From positions 525,038-589,037 of the forward strand of contig OZ025684.1 in NCBI GenBank assembly GCA_964019335.1: DNA of 64,000 nt. Reading direction: 5' to 3'. The notes under the pieces are model-generated. The model saw only the letters and a program-made list of their open reading frames with translations. It did not search any database and had not been told where the DNA came from. The translations under genes and the position numbers were made by a program. Below are positions 22,447 to 33,387 of this stretch, in pieces; positions within the stretch are counted from its first letter, which is position 1; each line of letters begins with the position of its first letter. The DNA comes from Diplonema japonicum. Lineage: Eukaryota; Protista; Euglenozoa: Diplonemea.

Positions 22447-24348
22447 CTACATCCCCCTCCAGTATGGCAGCATTGTACTCGGTGTCATTTTCGACGAAGG
22501 TAGGTGCACGCCTTCTCCAACTAAGAATCTGTGATGTGTGTTGGTAAAGACTCTTGAGCATACCAAAACAATGGCCACACAGCAGACAGGCATGAGTATA
22601 AGGAGGAGGAGCCAATACCAAGCAAAATCACTATCGTTGCTATCAGCAACAGGAACGGGGTTGTCACTGTCAGCAGGCGTGTTGTTCAGTGTTGTTTGAG
22701 GCAGCTGTGTCAGTGTGACAGTCGCACTGTAATTAAACGGTGCCTGTGTAGTAGGAGACTGCGTCACAGTCGTTTCAGGGGCAATCGTAGGCGGTACAAG
22801 TGTGGTCGGTGGCACTTGAGTGGCGGGAGCTGGTGTAGGGGGCGAAGGTGTGCTAGGGGCAGGTGTGAACGCTGGTATTTGTGTATCGGGTGCTGGGGTA
22901 GGGGGCGAAGAAGTCTCAGGAACTGGTGTTTTCGGTGCTTGGGTGTTGGGCGCAGGTGTATCTGGTGCTGCAGTTCCGGGTTCTTGAGTAAGTGGAGCTT
23001 TAGTTGCAGGTGCTCGAGTTGCAGGTGTTTCAGTGTCAGGTGCTGCAGTGGAAGCTTTAGTTGCAGGTGCTTCAGTGTCAGGTGCTGCAGTTCCGGGTGC
23101 TTGAGTAGGGGGAGCTTTAGTTGCAGGTGCTTCAGTTGCAGGTGGCTGAGTAGAAGGAGCTTCAGTTGCAGGTGCTTGAGTAGGGGGAGATTTAGTAGCA
23201 GGTGCTCCAGTGGCAGGTGCTGCAGTTACGGGTGGCTGAGTAGGGGGAGCTTTGGTAGCAGGTGCTTCAGTTGCAGGTGCTTCAGTGTCAGGTGCTGCAG
23301 TTGCAGGTGGCTGAGTGGGGGGAGCTTTAGTTGCAGGTGCTGCAGTTCCGGGTGGCTGAGTGGGGGGAGCTGCAGTTGCAGGTGCTTGAGTAGGGGGAGA
23401 TTTAGTAGCAGGTGCTTCAGTTGCGGGTGGCTGAGTAGGGGGAGCTTTGGTAGCAGGTGCTTCAGTTGCAGGTGCTTCAGTGTCAGGTGCTGCAGTTGCG
23501 GGTGCTTGAGTAGGGGGAGCTTTAGTTGCAGGTGCTTCAGTTGCAGGTGGCTGAGTAGGGGGAGCTTTAGTTGCAGGTGCTGCAGTTGCGGGTGGCTGAG
23601 TGGGGGGAGCTTTGGTAGCAGGTGCTTCAGTTGCAGGTGCTCCAGTGTCAGGTGCTGCAGTTGCAGGTGGCTGAGTAGGGGGAGCTTTAGTTGCAGGTGC
23701 TTCAGTGGCAGGTGCTCCAGTGTCAGGTGCTCCAGTTGCGGGTGGCTGAGTAGGGGGAGCTTTAGTTGCAGGCGCTTCAGTGTCAGGTGCTTCAGTTGCG
23801 GGTGCTTGAGTAGGGGGAGCTTTAGTTGCAGGTGCCAGAGTGGGAGGTGCTTGAGTGTCTGGTACTTGGCTGGGGGGTACTTGAGTTGAAGGTGCTTGAG
23901 TAAGAGGGACAAGTGTTTGGGGAGCAGATGTGTCAGGGAAAGGCGTGGGCGGGCTCCTCGCGCATGTCGACAACGATCGGTCAACAACACCACCTTTCAT
24001 ACCCCACACGACGGGTTGGGGATGGGAACTTGCTGCCCCGTTCCAAGGACAAGTACAGGAAGCAAGACCAATGGACCACGAGAAGGGACCGTCATTTTCC
24101 GCCGTTCTACAGTTCATTTTTTTGATTATCTTATCATTTTTATCGGTGATCATCCAGTAGGTTGAGACACCGCCGGAAAAAATATCAAACTTGTACCCGT
24201 TTGGTTGCAGTTTGGTGATGCTGCTGATCGGGTACCTGCCGTTCACAGGATCGTTCCCTGGGAACTCAACCAGCACTTCATCATAATCCTTGTACCAAAG
24301 AACAGCGTGGGCTGTGGTAATAAGTATGAGCAGAGCGAATAACCTCAT
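22447..24348 (-). CDS. Mucin-like surface protein with T-x-A/P-P-x pentapeptide repeats
   Basis: Signal peptide, ~120-aa Cys/Trp-containing head, 15-bp tandem repeats (~22800-23930), C-terminal TM. Confidence 0.88.
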   Translation of the reverse strand: MRLFALLILITTAHAVLWYKDYDEVLVEFPGNDPVNGRYPISSITKLQPNGYKFDIFSGGVSTYWMITDKNDKIIKKMNCRTAENDGPFSWSIGLASCTCPWNGAASSHPQPVVWGMKGGVVDRSLSTCARSPPTPFPDTSAPQTLVPLTQAPSTQVPPSQVPDTQAPPTLAPATKAPPTQAPATEAPDTEAPATKAPPTQPPATGAPDTGAPATEAPATKAPPTQPPATAAPDTGAPATEAPATKAPPTQPPATAAPATKAPPTQPPATEAPATKAPPTQAPATAAPDTEAPATEAPATKAPPTQPPATEAPATKSPPTQAPATAAPPTQPPGTAAPATKAPPTQPPATAAPDTEAPATEAPATKAPPTQPPVTAAPATGAPATKSPPTQAPATEAPSTQPPATEAPATKAPPTQAPGTAAPDTEAPATKASTAAPDTETPATRAPATKAPLTQEPGTAAPDTPAPNTQAPKTPVPETSSPPTPAPDTQIPAFTPAPSTPSPPTPAPATQVPPTTLVPPTIAPETTVTQSPTTQAPFNYSATVTLTQLPQTTLNNTPADSDNPVPVADSNDSDFAWYWLLLLILMPVCCVAIVLVCSRVFTNTHHRFLVGEGVHLPSSKMTPSTMLPYWRGM

Positions 24349-24819
24349 GGTTTACCTACGTGTAAAAACGGACAAAGGAGGGGAAACACAAAGAAGGGAG
24401 GAACAAGGTGAGAAAAACAAAGAGAGAAAAGGGGATGAGATATGGAAATTCTCCACGGATCTCTAACTACTCTAACTAGGGGAAAGGAATAAAAAATAAA
24501 ACGTGAAAAGTAAAGCTTTAGCCGTTCACAACGTCGCATTGAGTTGGATAGCCGAGATAAGAGAATGCAGTAAACACCGCGAGAAGTAACCGGCAGGCAC
24601 AGCGCTGACGTCGACCGTAGATGTTGACTAGCAACAACAGGACTAGGGTAGAGGGGTGTCCACACGAACGTAGCCGAATACACGACCGATAAAAAAGAAA
24701 AATAGGTTTAAGCAACAAGCTACAGAGTTTGATGGTCTTCAGGGCCTTCCTGCAGCATCTCGTCCATGGCAGGCACAAACTGAATCTCATCAGTAGCATT
24801 GAATCTAGGTGAGCGTTTT

Positions 24820-25758
24820 CTATTGCAAAAAATCTGCGGTGTGGTGTGCTAGCAAATACTTCAGATTAGAGCATACCAGAAAAATAATAGCCACACAGCA
24901 GACAGAGGCAAGTATAATGAGGAGGACCCAATACCAAGCAAGGCCGCTGCTGTCGCCATCATGCAACACAAACGACAGAGTAAGGGTAGGTGTAGCGGTG
25001 CGAGTGGTGGTGATTGTAGGTGATTGAATTGTGACTGTTATAGTACTATTTTCGGGTGGTACAGGTGCTTGTGTACTGGGGTTAGGAGCTGAGGTAAGTG
25101 GGGCAATCGTAGCCGGCGCTGTTGTTGGTGCCGATGTCTCTGGGGCGGGTGCTGGTGTCGCAGGAGCAGGTGTCAGCGGCGGTTGTGTGCGTGGGGCAGG
25201 TGCCGGGGCCGCGGTAAGAGGGGCGGGTGTTGCTGGTGCCGATGTCGCAGGGGCGGGTGTCACCGGTGGTTGTGTGCGTGGGGCAGGTGTCGGGACCGTG
25301 GTAAGAGGGGCGGGTGTTACGGGAGCAGATGTGTCAGGGAAAGGTGTGGTCGGGTTCGCGCATGTCGAGAACGATCGGTCAACAACACCACCTTTCATAC
25401 CCCACACGACGGGCTGAGGCCGGTCACTTGCTGCCCCATGCCAAGGACAGGCACACTTAGCAAGACCAATGGACCACGAGAAGGGACCGTCACTTTGCGC
25501 CGCTCTGCAATTCATTCTTTTGATTATCTTGTCATTTCTATCAACGATCATCCAGTAGGTTGAACTACCACCGGAAAGGAAGTCAAACTTGTAACCGTTT
25601 GGTTGCAGTTTGGTGGTGAGTTCGTTGATCGGGCCGTACTTGCCGTTCACAGGATCGTTCCCTGGGAACTCAACCAACACTTCATCATAATCCTTGTACC
25701 AAATGGGACTAACAGCGTGGGCTGTGGTAATAAGTGAGAGCAGAGTGAATGGCCGCAT
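24820..25758 (-). CDS. Mucin-like surface protein, short-stalk paralog
   Basis: Same head domain (WYKDYDEVLVEFPGNDPVNG...PQPVVWGMKGGVVDRS) and TM (AWYW.LL); TPAP repeats. Confidence 0.88.
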   Translation of the reverse strand: MRPFTLLSLITTAHAVSPIWYKDYDEVLVEFPGNDPVNGKYGPINELTTKLQPNGYKFDFLSGGSSTYWMIVDRNDKIIKRMNCRAAQSDGPFSWSIGLAKCACPWHGAASDRPQPVVWGMKGGVVDRSFSTCANPTTPFPDTSAPVTPAPLTTVPTPAPRTQPPVTPAPATSAPATPAPLTAAPAPAPRTQPPLTPAPATPAPAPETSAPTTAPATIAPLTSAPNPSTQAPVPPENSTITVTIQSPTITTTRTATPTLTLSFVLHDGDSSGLAWYWVLLIILASVCCVAIIFLVCSNLKYLLAHHTADFLQ

Positions 25759-25864
25759 ATTTTCAAAGTTAATAACCTATACAAATCTTATTTTATTTCT
25801 TCTTATTGGCAAGCTGAAATATAATAATACTGGGGAGGGTCCTTCTGACGTGTAAAAGTTAAGC

Positions 25865-26071
25865 TTAAATGCTAAAGCCACCAAGGTTCGGAGAGCTTCG
25901 TTCGAGAACCTTGAAGTGTGTCATTATGTCAGTCGCCATGCTGCCGTTCATGTCTGAGGAACCGAAGTCGTTGAGCTTGCTGATGTCCTTGTCTTTGTCG
26001 ACTGTCACTTTGCTCTTCTTTACTTTAATGTTGTTCAGCAAGTCGGCAGTTGAAACCTTTTTCGGGGGCAT
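25865..26071 (-). CDS. Small basic hypothetical protein (68 aa)
   Basis: MPPKK start, coding-like composition, cluster strand. Confidence 0.5.
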   Translation of the reverse strand: MPPKKVSTADLLNNIKVKKSKVTVDKDKDISKLNDFGSSDMNGSMATDIMTHFKVLERSSPNLGGFSI

Positions 26072-26325
26072 GTTGTTTTCACCCGTGTAACAAAACCTAC
26101 TAAAGTAATCCTCAGGGACAACTACTCAGGGTGCCTGTTTTCTGAACGTAGAATTATCTTTGTAGCGGCTGAAAATTTAATGTAAAGACAAAGATACAGG
26201 AGCCCCGTATTTCAAAACTTATGTGCAGATATTTTCTTTTTTTTTTTTTTCTCATACAAGAAAACTAGGAAGGTGGGGAAAAAATAACAAATACTAACAA
26301 GCAACTGAGACTAGAGGTGCACATG

Positions 26326-28581
26326 TTAATATGCTTGTATCAGCTGAACAGTGGCACCATCCGGCTCCACCCAATATGTCCTGCACTCCATGGGCTCCGT
26401 GAAATAGTATGGTGCATGGGGGGACACTGTCAGGTGGGCACGCAGCTTAGTAGTGAAGTTGTGTGTTGTCCTGTCAGCCACGTTGGACAACATGTGCTTC
26501 TCCAGATGGCACACGGCATTGGCAGCCTCCCCCTTTTGGATCAGGGTGAATGCGGTGTCGATTTCTTTGGAGAGAGACTCATGGAGCTCTACTTCGTACA
26601 TCCACTCGCTGGCCCCGTCGAACGACTTTCCGGCCTTTGCGCACAGCTCATAGACAATGCTGCTCGGTGGAAGGGTACCCCTTGAAAGCAGGCGTGATGT
26701 CAAGATATCAATTGGCCTGAAGTTGTGTGACGTAGCACACTGCAGCTTCATCGCCTGGTCGCACACCGTAAGTACATTATTCTTCAATCCTATTGCCGCT
26801 AGGTTCGTGCTCATCAGCCTGACACCGGAGTAAACTCCATGTCCCCTCTGCCGTTGCCCAACTTGTCCACATATCGAAGGCCCGCTCGCGCAGCCGAACG
26901 CCACTGCAGGAGCCATCTGCTGCAGCCTTGGCCACTCGTAGGAAGACATCTCCAACAGAGCATTTGCCGCATCTGTGTGCACAGCAAGTACGGACTTCCC
27001 AACGTTGGTGAAGTGTATCAGGATCACGTCCCACGCCACGGAGTCGATGGCACCCGAGTGTGCCCTTGCTGCTGCACAGCAGTGGTCTATGAAGGCTGTT
27101 TGCATTGTTTCGAACTCGCGGCATTCTTTGGGCTGCTTCATCCAAAAGTCCATTTGGTACTTCAAAGTAACAGCGATGACGACAGTAGCACGCTGCACAC
27201 GCATCTCTCTCATTTTCTTTGAGATGCAGTTCGTTGTCTTGTCGGCAGCCGATACCTGCATCTTATACACACTCTCCGCTACTGCAACAGCCTCAGAGCT
27301 CATTTCTTGCCGAAAAGACAACGACGTACAGAGCTCGAAGTCGCCAGCGCTGACGGAAGATATTGGGGATGCTACCTCAGAGTTGTCGAAAGAGTGGGGT
27401 GCATAGGGCTTAAGCTCATGTAGCGTTGTGAAGAGGTCTTGAATGGTGAGCAGTACCACATTGAGAGAAGGCAATGGTGACAAGGGCAGCGTGGGGGCAA
27501 GCTCATAGTGTGCTTCGATGAAGTCATGTGCAAGGGTAGGGACAGCGAGGATAGAGGCGAAGAAGCTGCAAAACACTGTCGTACTGCGGTGTATGGACAC
27601 TGCCGTTATAGCAAAAAGGAGAAGCAGGTAGAGACCGCAGGCAGCGAGGCTGCTTTCTGAAGAAATGAATGAGAGCACTGTGGGGAAGGAGACCGCAGCC
27701 AACGGCCTAAAGTGCAAAATGCACATGCCATTCTCTAACAAAGGTGTTTGTGTGTAGTCAGGGGAGGAGATTGCTGCCACTCCGCAGGGCAGAGCAAGCA
27801 GATAGTCAGGTACAGCACCTGTTGTATCCAGCACCATGGTGGTGTTGTGAACAGTGAACTTGATAGCAAAGGCAGTGTCATTGGACACACCCGACGAGAC
27901 GAGGAGGCCTTTTGTGCGCAGCTCGATTCCGCAGGCAGGGGGGCACGTCCCGCATAGCCGTTTGTCAACTGACAAAACGCTGCCTGTGTGGAATATGTGA
28001 TAGTACCCACGATGCCTCTTGACAAGCACACCTCGCACGCTCTGGTCTGATACGTCCCGTGTCTCGGTTGCAAGGAGCAGTGGCACATCAGCTGGTGTCT
28101 CGCTACTGTGAACAGTGTGCAGCACTGGGGGATTGTTGGTCCCCACTTGCACTGACCCTGCAATATCGTTTGTCGAGAACAGATAATGAGCCGTGTCTTG
28201 CACGAAGCATTTCCTTAGCATTGCAGACGCCACCACCATGTTCCCGATCTTGTTCGTCGTCCACACAAACTTCTCGCTCCCTGCGAGCCCTGGCTGGTGC
28301 TGCACGGAGCACATCTCTGTCATGTCGATGAGCCCCTTCTCTACGAAGGATGCAAAGCTGTTTAGGCCTCTTATGTTAAACATAACATTGTTTTCGCTCT
28401 CTTCACGATACACATCGAGCATCTTCAGTACAATAAAGGAAAGGGCACAGGTCAGCACGGCACTGCCCACCAGAGCGGGCACGGTGCACTTCACAAGCAG
28501 CACTGCTGTACCATGTCTAAGTGTCTTCATCGCTGCTTGTCGGCCATATTGCAGGTTTAGGCTGCTGGTTATGTGTTGCAC
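26326..28581 (-). CDS. Membrane protein with a degenerate class III nucleotidyl-cyclase-like domain
   Basis: TM segments flank a putative extracellular region; GAIDSVAWDVILIHF, GCASGPSICGQVG and EWMYE resemble a divergent cyclase fold; catalytic residues not evident; 5' end uncertain. Confidence 0.6.
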   Translation of the reverse strand: MQHITSSLNLQYGRQAAMKTLRHGTAVLLVKCTVPALVGSAVLTCALSFIVLKMLDVYREESENNVMFNIRGLNSFASFVEKGLIDMTEMCSVQHQPGLAGSEKFVWTTNKIGNMVVASAMLRKCFVQDTAHYLFSTNDIAGSVQVGTNNPPVLHTVHSSETPADVPLLLATETRDVSDQSVRGVLVKRHRGYYHIFHTGSVLSVDKRLCGTCPPACGIELRTKGLLVSSGVSNDTAFAIKFTVHNTTMVLDTTGAVPDYLLALPCGVAAISSPDYTQTPLLENGMCILHFRPLAAVSFPTVLSFISSESSLAACGLYLLLLFAITAVSIHRSTTVFCSFFASILAVPTLAHDFIEAHYELAPTLPLSPLPSLNVVLLTIQDLFTTLHELKPYAPHSFDNSEVASPISSVSAGDFELCTSLSFRQEMSSEAVAVAESVYKMQVSAADKTTNCISKKMREMRVQRATVVIAVTLKYQMDFWMKQPKECREFETMQTAFIDHCCAAARAHSGAIDSVAWDVILIHFTNVGKSVLAVHTDAANALLEMSSYEWPRLQQMAPAVAFGCASGPSICGQVGQRQRGHGVYSGVRLMSTNLAAIGLKNNVLTVCDQAMKLQCATSHNFRPIDILTSRLLSRGTLPPSSIVYELCAKAGKSFDGASEWMYEVELHESLSKEIDTAFTLIQKGEAANAVCHLEKHMLSNVADRTTHNFTTKLRAHLTVSPHAPYYFTEPMECRTYWVEPDGATVQLIQAY

Positions 28582-29285
28582 AGCTCATGGGGAGAAAGGT
28601 AAGTTGATGGAAAAAGAAACTGTATCAATGCTGGTTCTCCTACTATCATTGTGCGTGCTGGCTTACTTTTCTGTTCCTTTTGTGGAAGCTTTTCGAATTC
28701 GCTAAATTCTGCCCCCAGGAACATAAAGAAGAAACACATCAAAGAGGGCAGCAAAGGGTCCCTCGAAAGAGAAGCAACGTATCAAAATCAAGGGGCGAGG
28801 AAAAAACAAGGATAAGGAACGTATCACTAGGCTCCGTAGAAGAGCCTGAACAAAGATAAAAGCCTAAAAAACAAGCACGTTTGGGATCACCTCGACACCA
28901 GGACTTCGGCTTTTCAGTGTGCCCTCTGCGGCTTCGCGACAGGTGACAGCTTCTGCCTCTTTCAACTTCCTTTACAAACCTCAAGGCTTGATGGTGTTGA
29001 ATCGATGAGCGTTCTCTTCCACTTCTAAAAAGAGTGCCTATAACAACAAAAACAAAGGGGGGGTGTTGAAAGATCTTCGGCCACTGTATAACAGCGAAGG
29101 CCAATTGGAAACTGCACCAAGACGCGCCCATATCATCGTGGTGAGAAAAAAAGAATTTAATAAAAAGAAAACACTGCACTAAGCAAGCACATTCCCTGGG
29201 TGTGGGCAGGCGGGGAGGGTTTGATAGCAATCATTAGATTTTCTACTTCGCTTCTACAGAACCGAACAAAACTGCTATTTCTTCT

Positions 29286-29330
<45 letters not shown>

Positions 29331-29473
29331 CGTCCACCTCTTCCTTTCTCCTAATAGATTGCAATGCCTGTTGAGGCGTCGGACTCGTATTCTGAATCAT
29401 CGTTAATTTGTTTCTGCGGTGTGGGGTTTTTTTTTTCTTTTTCTTTTCTTTTCTTTTTTTCTCCTTTTTGATC

Positions 29474-30571
29474 TCACACCTTGGACGACTCGTCAACTGT
29501 TTTGCCCGAGACAACAAGAGCAAGGCCGATCAGGATACCCACAGCACTGAAGTCCTTATAACTGGGTTCTGAGAACCCTTTCTCGTCAACGGCCCAGTGT
29601 TTGCCTTTGATCAGGATAATCAGGAAAGACAGCACGAAGGACGTCAGCGGCTGGATGACAGTGTAGGCCGACACGACAGACGCCTTAAGGAAGGCGTTGG
29701 CCCATGTCATAGCTATGTAGGCAATAACAGAGTTGAAAAGGATCCAATAGAGCAAGGCGAGGATCATGGAGGTGGGGACGGCCCACGCCCCTTTGCAGTC
29801 GTGCGAAGGACACACAAAATGCAGCATCGCGTCGTTGGAGTTGATGATGAACGCTGCAACTGCCATCAATACACTGGCAGTGATGTAAGACCATCCTGTC
29901 ACTGAGATGGGGAGATACGTCTTCGCGGCAAGCAGCGGCTTCGTGAGGATCACATAACCGCTTGTCGCAAGGCAGTTGAAGAAGAACAATATGTTCCCGA
30001 CAACAGGCTCGTTCACGGAACTGTCACCAGACCCCGATGAAGACGACCCTCCAGAGTCACCACCAGGCAGCACTATCATGCACGTAGCACCAATGACCGC
30101 GAACAGTATCCCTGCTATCTTCTTCGCGTCTACTTTCTCATAGCCTAATAGCAGCGCAAGCGCGCACGTGAAGATTGGCTGTGACGGTTGCCACACGCTC
30201 CCCGTTGTGGGGTCGGACAGCTTCAAACCGACTATGAAGGCAAACTGGTTCACAAAGATACAAACACCCGCAGCCAGCAACCTCAGTAGGTGCTCTTTCT
30301 GCGGGTACTCCACCCTCTGAAACATCGCTAGTGCAACGAGGATCGGTCCGGCAATGCCTTCCCTGATCAGTGCAAACAACACAGGGTTCGTGCCGCTGAC
30401 ACCAAGCTTGCCAACAACAGCACCGCCTCCAAAACTCAGCTGACAAATAATCATCGCACCATGCAGCTTCCACATTGAAGGTATGCTGCCCTTGCCGTAA
30501 GTGTCAAGGCGATACTGGTCATCTTCACATGTCTCTTCGTCGTCTTCGTCGTTAACATATTTGTGCGGCAT
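29474..30571 (-). CDS. EamA/DMT (WAT1-like) transporter
   Basis: About 10 TM segments in two repeats; NPVLFALIRE, QPIFT...LLGYEK, VSAYTVIQP. Confidence 0.88.
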   Translation of the reverse strand: MPHKYVNDEDDEETCEDDQYRLDTYGKGSIPSMWKLHGAMIICQLSFGGGAVVGKLGVSGTNPVLFALIREGIAGPILVALAMFQRVEYPQKEHLLRLLAAGVCIFVNQFAFIVGLKLSDPTTGSVWQPSQPIFTCALALLLGYEKVDAKKIAGILFAVIGATCMIVLPGGDSGGSSSSGSGDSSVNEPVVGNILFFFNCLATSGYVILTKPLLAAKTYLPISVTGWSYITASVLMAVAAFIINSNDAMLHFVCPSHDCKGAWAVPTSMILALLYWILFNSVIAYIAMTWANAFLKASVVSAYTVIQPLTSFVLSFLIILIKGKHWAVDEKGFSEPSYKDFSAVGILIGLALVVSGKTVDESSKV

Positions 30572-30663
30572 CTCCCCCCCTGTAGGATTGCAGGAACAGT
30601 AGTCGATAATAGAACTCCTAAAGCGCTGAAAGCGACAATAAAGTGTTGCAGCACGCTGTTGGT

Positions 30664-31629
30664 TTACAGCTTGCTTCTTACAGGTAGGTTGGAGAGGAAA
30701 GGAACGACGACTGCAGAAACGCTGGGCGCGTCATCGCTATGTACGTGATGTCCGCCTGCTGCCAGAACAACGGTTGTGACGTTCTTTAAGCACGCAAGGC
30801 GTTCCTGGCTGTTTCGCTTGTACAATTCATAGTAGGATTTCTCTTTTTCGGTGTTGAGGGGCTGCATTCGCTTCACAAAGTCTAGCGGCCCCAACACACG
30901 CAAGAACGGACACTCCACACTCGATGCGATCTCCAGTAGCTGCGTCTGCTGCATTTTCATAAACTGTCTATCGCCGTACTGTTTCGGGTCAGGTGTGAAC
31001 ACCCAGCTCATATCGCTCTCTTGTCGCGTGTTCCTTCTTAGGATGTTCACTGCGGTCTTCCTTGTCTTCGGGTATATCTTGTTATTTTGGTTCTGAATAA
31101 CAGCTTCCTCGAAGCTTGCGAATTTCTTGGGGCCTTTCTTGGTAAACCTCTCTACATTCGCCGTGATAGATCTGACCTTCGTAGTGATGGTAGTACTTAG
31201 GTCTAATGGGAAGACACCACTCATAGCAGCAGGTGGGGCCTCAACAGCCACAAGTGCAGACACCCTCTCAGGGAACGAAGCAGCTGCCAAAAGTGTGACG
31301 CCACCGCCCCGTGAGTGCCCGAACAAAATCGCTGTACCCCACCCGAGCTTGTCCAGCATACTCTTTACCAGTACTGCCTCCTCGAAGTCGTTGTAATTGC
31401 AATATGCAGGCATCCACTGGGACTTCCCACACCCAGGAGGGTCCAAAGCCACCACATCAAAACCTGCTTCACACAGCAAGGGAGCGATCTCATCAAATGA
31501 CCCTGCGTTGTCCAGCCACCCGGGGTAGCACAAGATCCTCTTTTGTGCGTCGGGCGTTGTGGGTGACCACCTTTTCATCCCCATCTTGAATCCATTCTCG
31601 AGGGTCACAATTGTGTCACATGTCAGCAT
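30664..31629 (-). CDS. Alpha/beta hydrolase, serine-hydrolase-like (SERHL type), copy A
   Basis: PGWLDNAGSF, ALDPPGCGKS, GHSRGG nucleophile elbow, GGHHVH. Confidence 0.88.
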   Translation of the reverse strand: MLTCDTIVTLENGFKMGMKRWSPTTPDAQKRILCYPGWLDNAGSFDEIAPLLCEAGFDVVALDPPGCGKSQWMPAYCNYNDFEEAVLVKSMLDKLGWGTAILFGHSRGGGVTLLAAASFPERVSALVAVEAPPAAMSGVFPLDLSTTITTKVRSITANVERFTKKGPKKFASFEEAVIQNQNNKIYPKTRKTAVNILRRNTRQESDMSWVFTPDPKQYGDRQFMKMQQTQLLEIASSVECPFLRVLGPLDFVKRMQPLNTEKEKSYYELYKRNSQERLACLKNVTTVVLAAGGHHVHSDDAPSVSAVVVPFLSNLPVRSKL

Positions 31630-31836
31630 AGTGCCTGTCAAATTACATTATAAAACGCAAGGAAGCATGAAACTAACAATGCTCAAGGACAAGATGTGTA
31701 GTGCACTTGAAGGGGCAAAAGAAACAGGCAACTGGAGAGCCTCTAAACGGCCCACAGGATGAAAACCAACCTGCCGACTGAGGTCCATGAACTACCTTAG
31801 AACAAAGAGTCAAAAGAATAGAAATATGATCGGAGG

Positions 31837-32799
31837 CTACAGCTTGCTACAGGGGGCAAGAGCTGTATTGAGGTAAGGGATGATGATGCTTGCTACTTGT
31901 GGTGCGTCGTCGCTGTGTACGTGGTGGGCGGAGTCTGGGTCGAGCACTTTGGTAGTGAGGGTTTTGATAGTCTTTCGGCGTTCGTCGCGAGCCGTTCGGG
32001 AGACATCCTGCTTGTGGGCGGTGGCATGCCCCGCAAGACTAATGAAGAAGTCGACAGGTGACACGAGAGACAGACATGGCGACTTCACCGATGACAGCAT
32101 CCTCATTTGCATGTCATGTGACAGTTTGACTGCCTGCCTGTGCCCATACTGCCTGGGGTCATGTGTGAACACCCAACTCCCATTACTCTCCTGCTGCACA
32201 TGCCGTCTCACGATGTTCTCAGCCGTCTTTTTCGTCTTCGGGAATGCCTTGTTGTGTTGGGTGTGCTGCACCGCCTCTTCAAAGGTCTTGAACACCCTTA
32301 GCTTACGATTTGTGTTTTTCAAGCACGACTTGTAGTTTGCACGCAGCACATCAGCAGGGTTCCGTGTGATCTCATGAGCGTAAACGCCTGCGACACCATA
32401 CCCCCCCGCCTCAATCGCCACCACTGCAGACACCCTCTCAGGGAACGAAGCAGCTGCGATAAAAGCTACCCCACCGCCCCGCGAGTGTCCCATGAGTGCA
32501 ACCTTCCCCCACCCGAGCATGTCAGCCATTTTCATAAGCATGGATGCCTCCTCGAAGTCGTTGTAATTGCAATATGCAGGCATCCACTGGGACTTCCCAC
32601 ACCCAGGAGGGTCCAAAGCCACCACATCAAAACCTGCTTCACACAGCAAGGGAGCGATCTCATCAAATGACCCTGCGTTGTCCAGCCACCCGGGGTAGCA
32701 CAAGATCCTCTTTTGTGCGTCGGGCGTTGTGGGTGACCACCTTTTCATCCCCATCTTGAACCCGTCGCTGAGGGTCAAGACTGTGTCATGCATTTGCAT
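31837..32799 (-). CDS. Alpha/beta hydrolase, SERHL type, copy B
   Basis: Same motifs; tandem paralog. Confidence 0.88.
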   Translation of the reverse strand: MQMHDTVLTLSDGFKMGMKRWSPTTPDAQKRILCYPGWLDNAGSFDEIAPLLCEAGFDVVALDPPGCGKSQWMPAYCNYNDFEEASMLMKMADMLGWGKVALMGHSRGGGVAFIAAASFPERVSAVVAIEAGGYGVAGVYAHEITRNPADVLRANYKSCLKNTNRKLRVFKTFEEAVQHTQHNKAFPKTKKTAENIVRRHVQQESNGSWVFTHDPRQYGHRQAVKLSHDMQMRMLSSVKSPCLSLVSPVDFFISLAGHATAHKQDVSRTARDERRKTIKTLTTKVLDPDSAHHVHSDDAPQVASIIIPYLNTALAPCSKL

Positions 32800-33387
32800 T
32801 GTGTTCCTGTGGATTTGCTATGTTTAGTCAGCAACGACGGGGTCTCTGCCTTACTCAGTGAGTGGAGCCCATGTTCGGTGACAAAGGAGAAGCCTCGATC
32901 TCACCATCCTGCATGGCACTTCGATAGGCTTGAAAGATACAGAATAAAAAGGAAGTTAGATGTGGATCACCTTGCTCACTCGTATTTCTAATAGGCGTTA
33001 ACTCGAACGTGAGCAGCTTTGTTTTATCTGTTCGCCCCGAGTCACGAAAACAAAAAAAAGGGGGAATAATACACACTAGGATTTGTTAAAAAGTTGGAAA
33101 ACACTGAAAGATAAGCACGAGGGTAGCAAACACGACAACACGCTCAAAGAAGACAAACACAGAAGAAAATGGAGATTAAAAGGAGGGGGGGGGGGGGGTA
33201 AAATACACTATATAATAAACTTTTTAAAGAAATAGGGAAAGGAGTAACGAGAAAAAAAAAAGAAGAAAAACGAGGAAAATGGAGGAATGGGGTGGGTGGG
33301 GCAGATGGTCTATTGTATCGTCTCTTTCTTTTTTCTTTTTTTTTTTTCACCCCCTCTTTTTTTTCATTCCTTTTTTTTTTTTTTTTT

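Noticed and set aside
22696-23993. Cys/Arg-rich and Leu/His-rich ORFs
   Set aside because: Alternative frames of the mucin 15-bp repeat.
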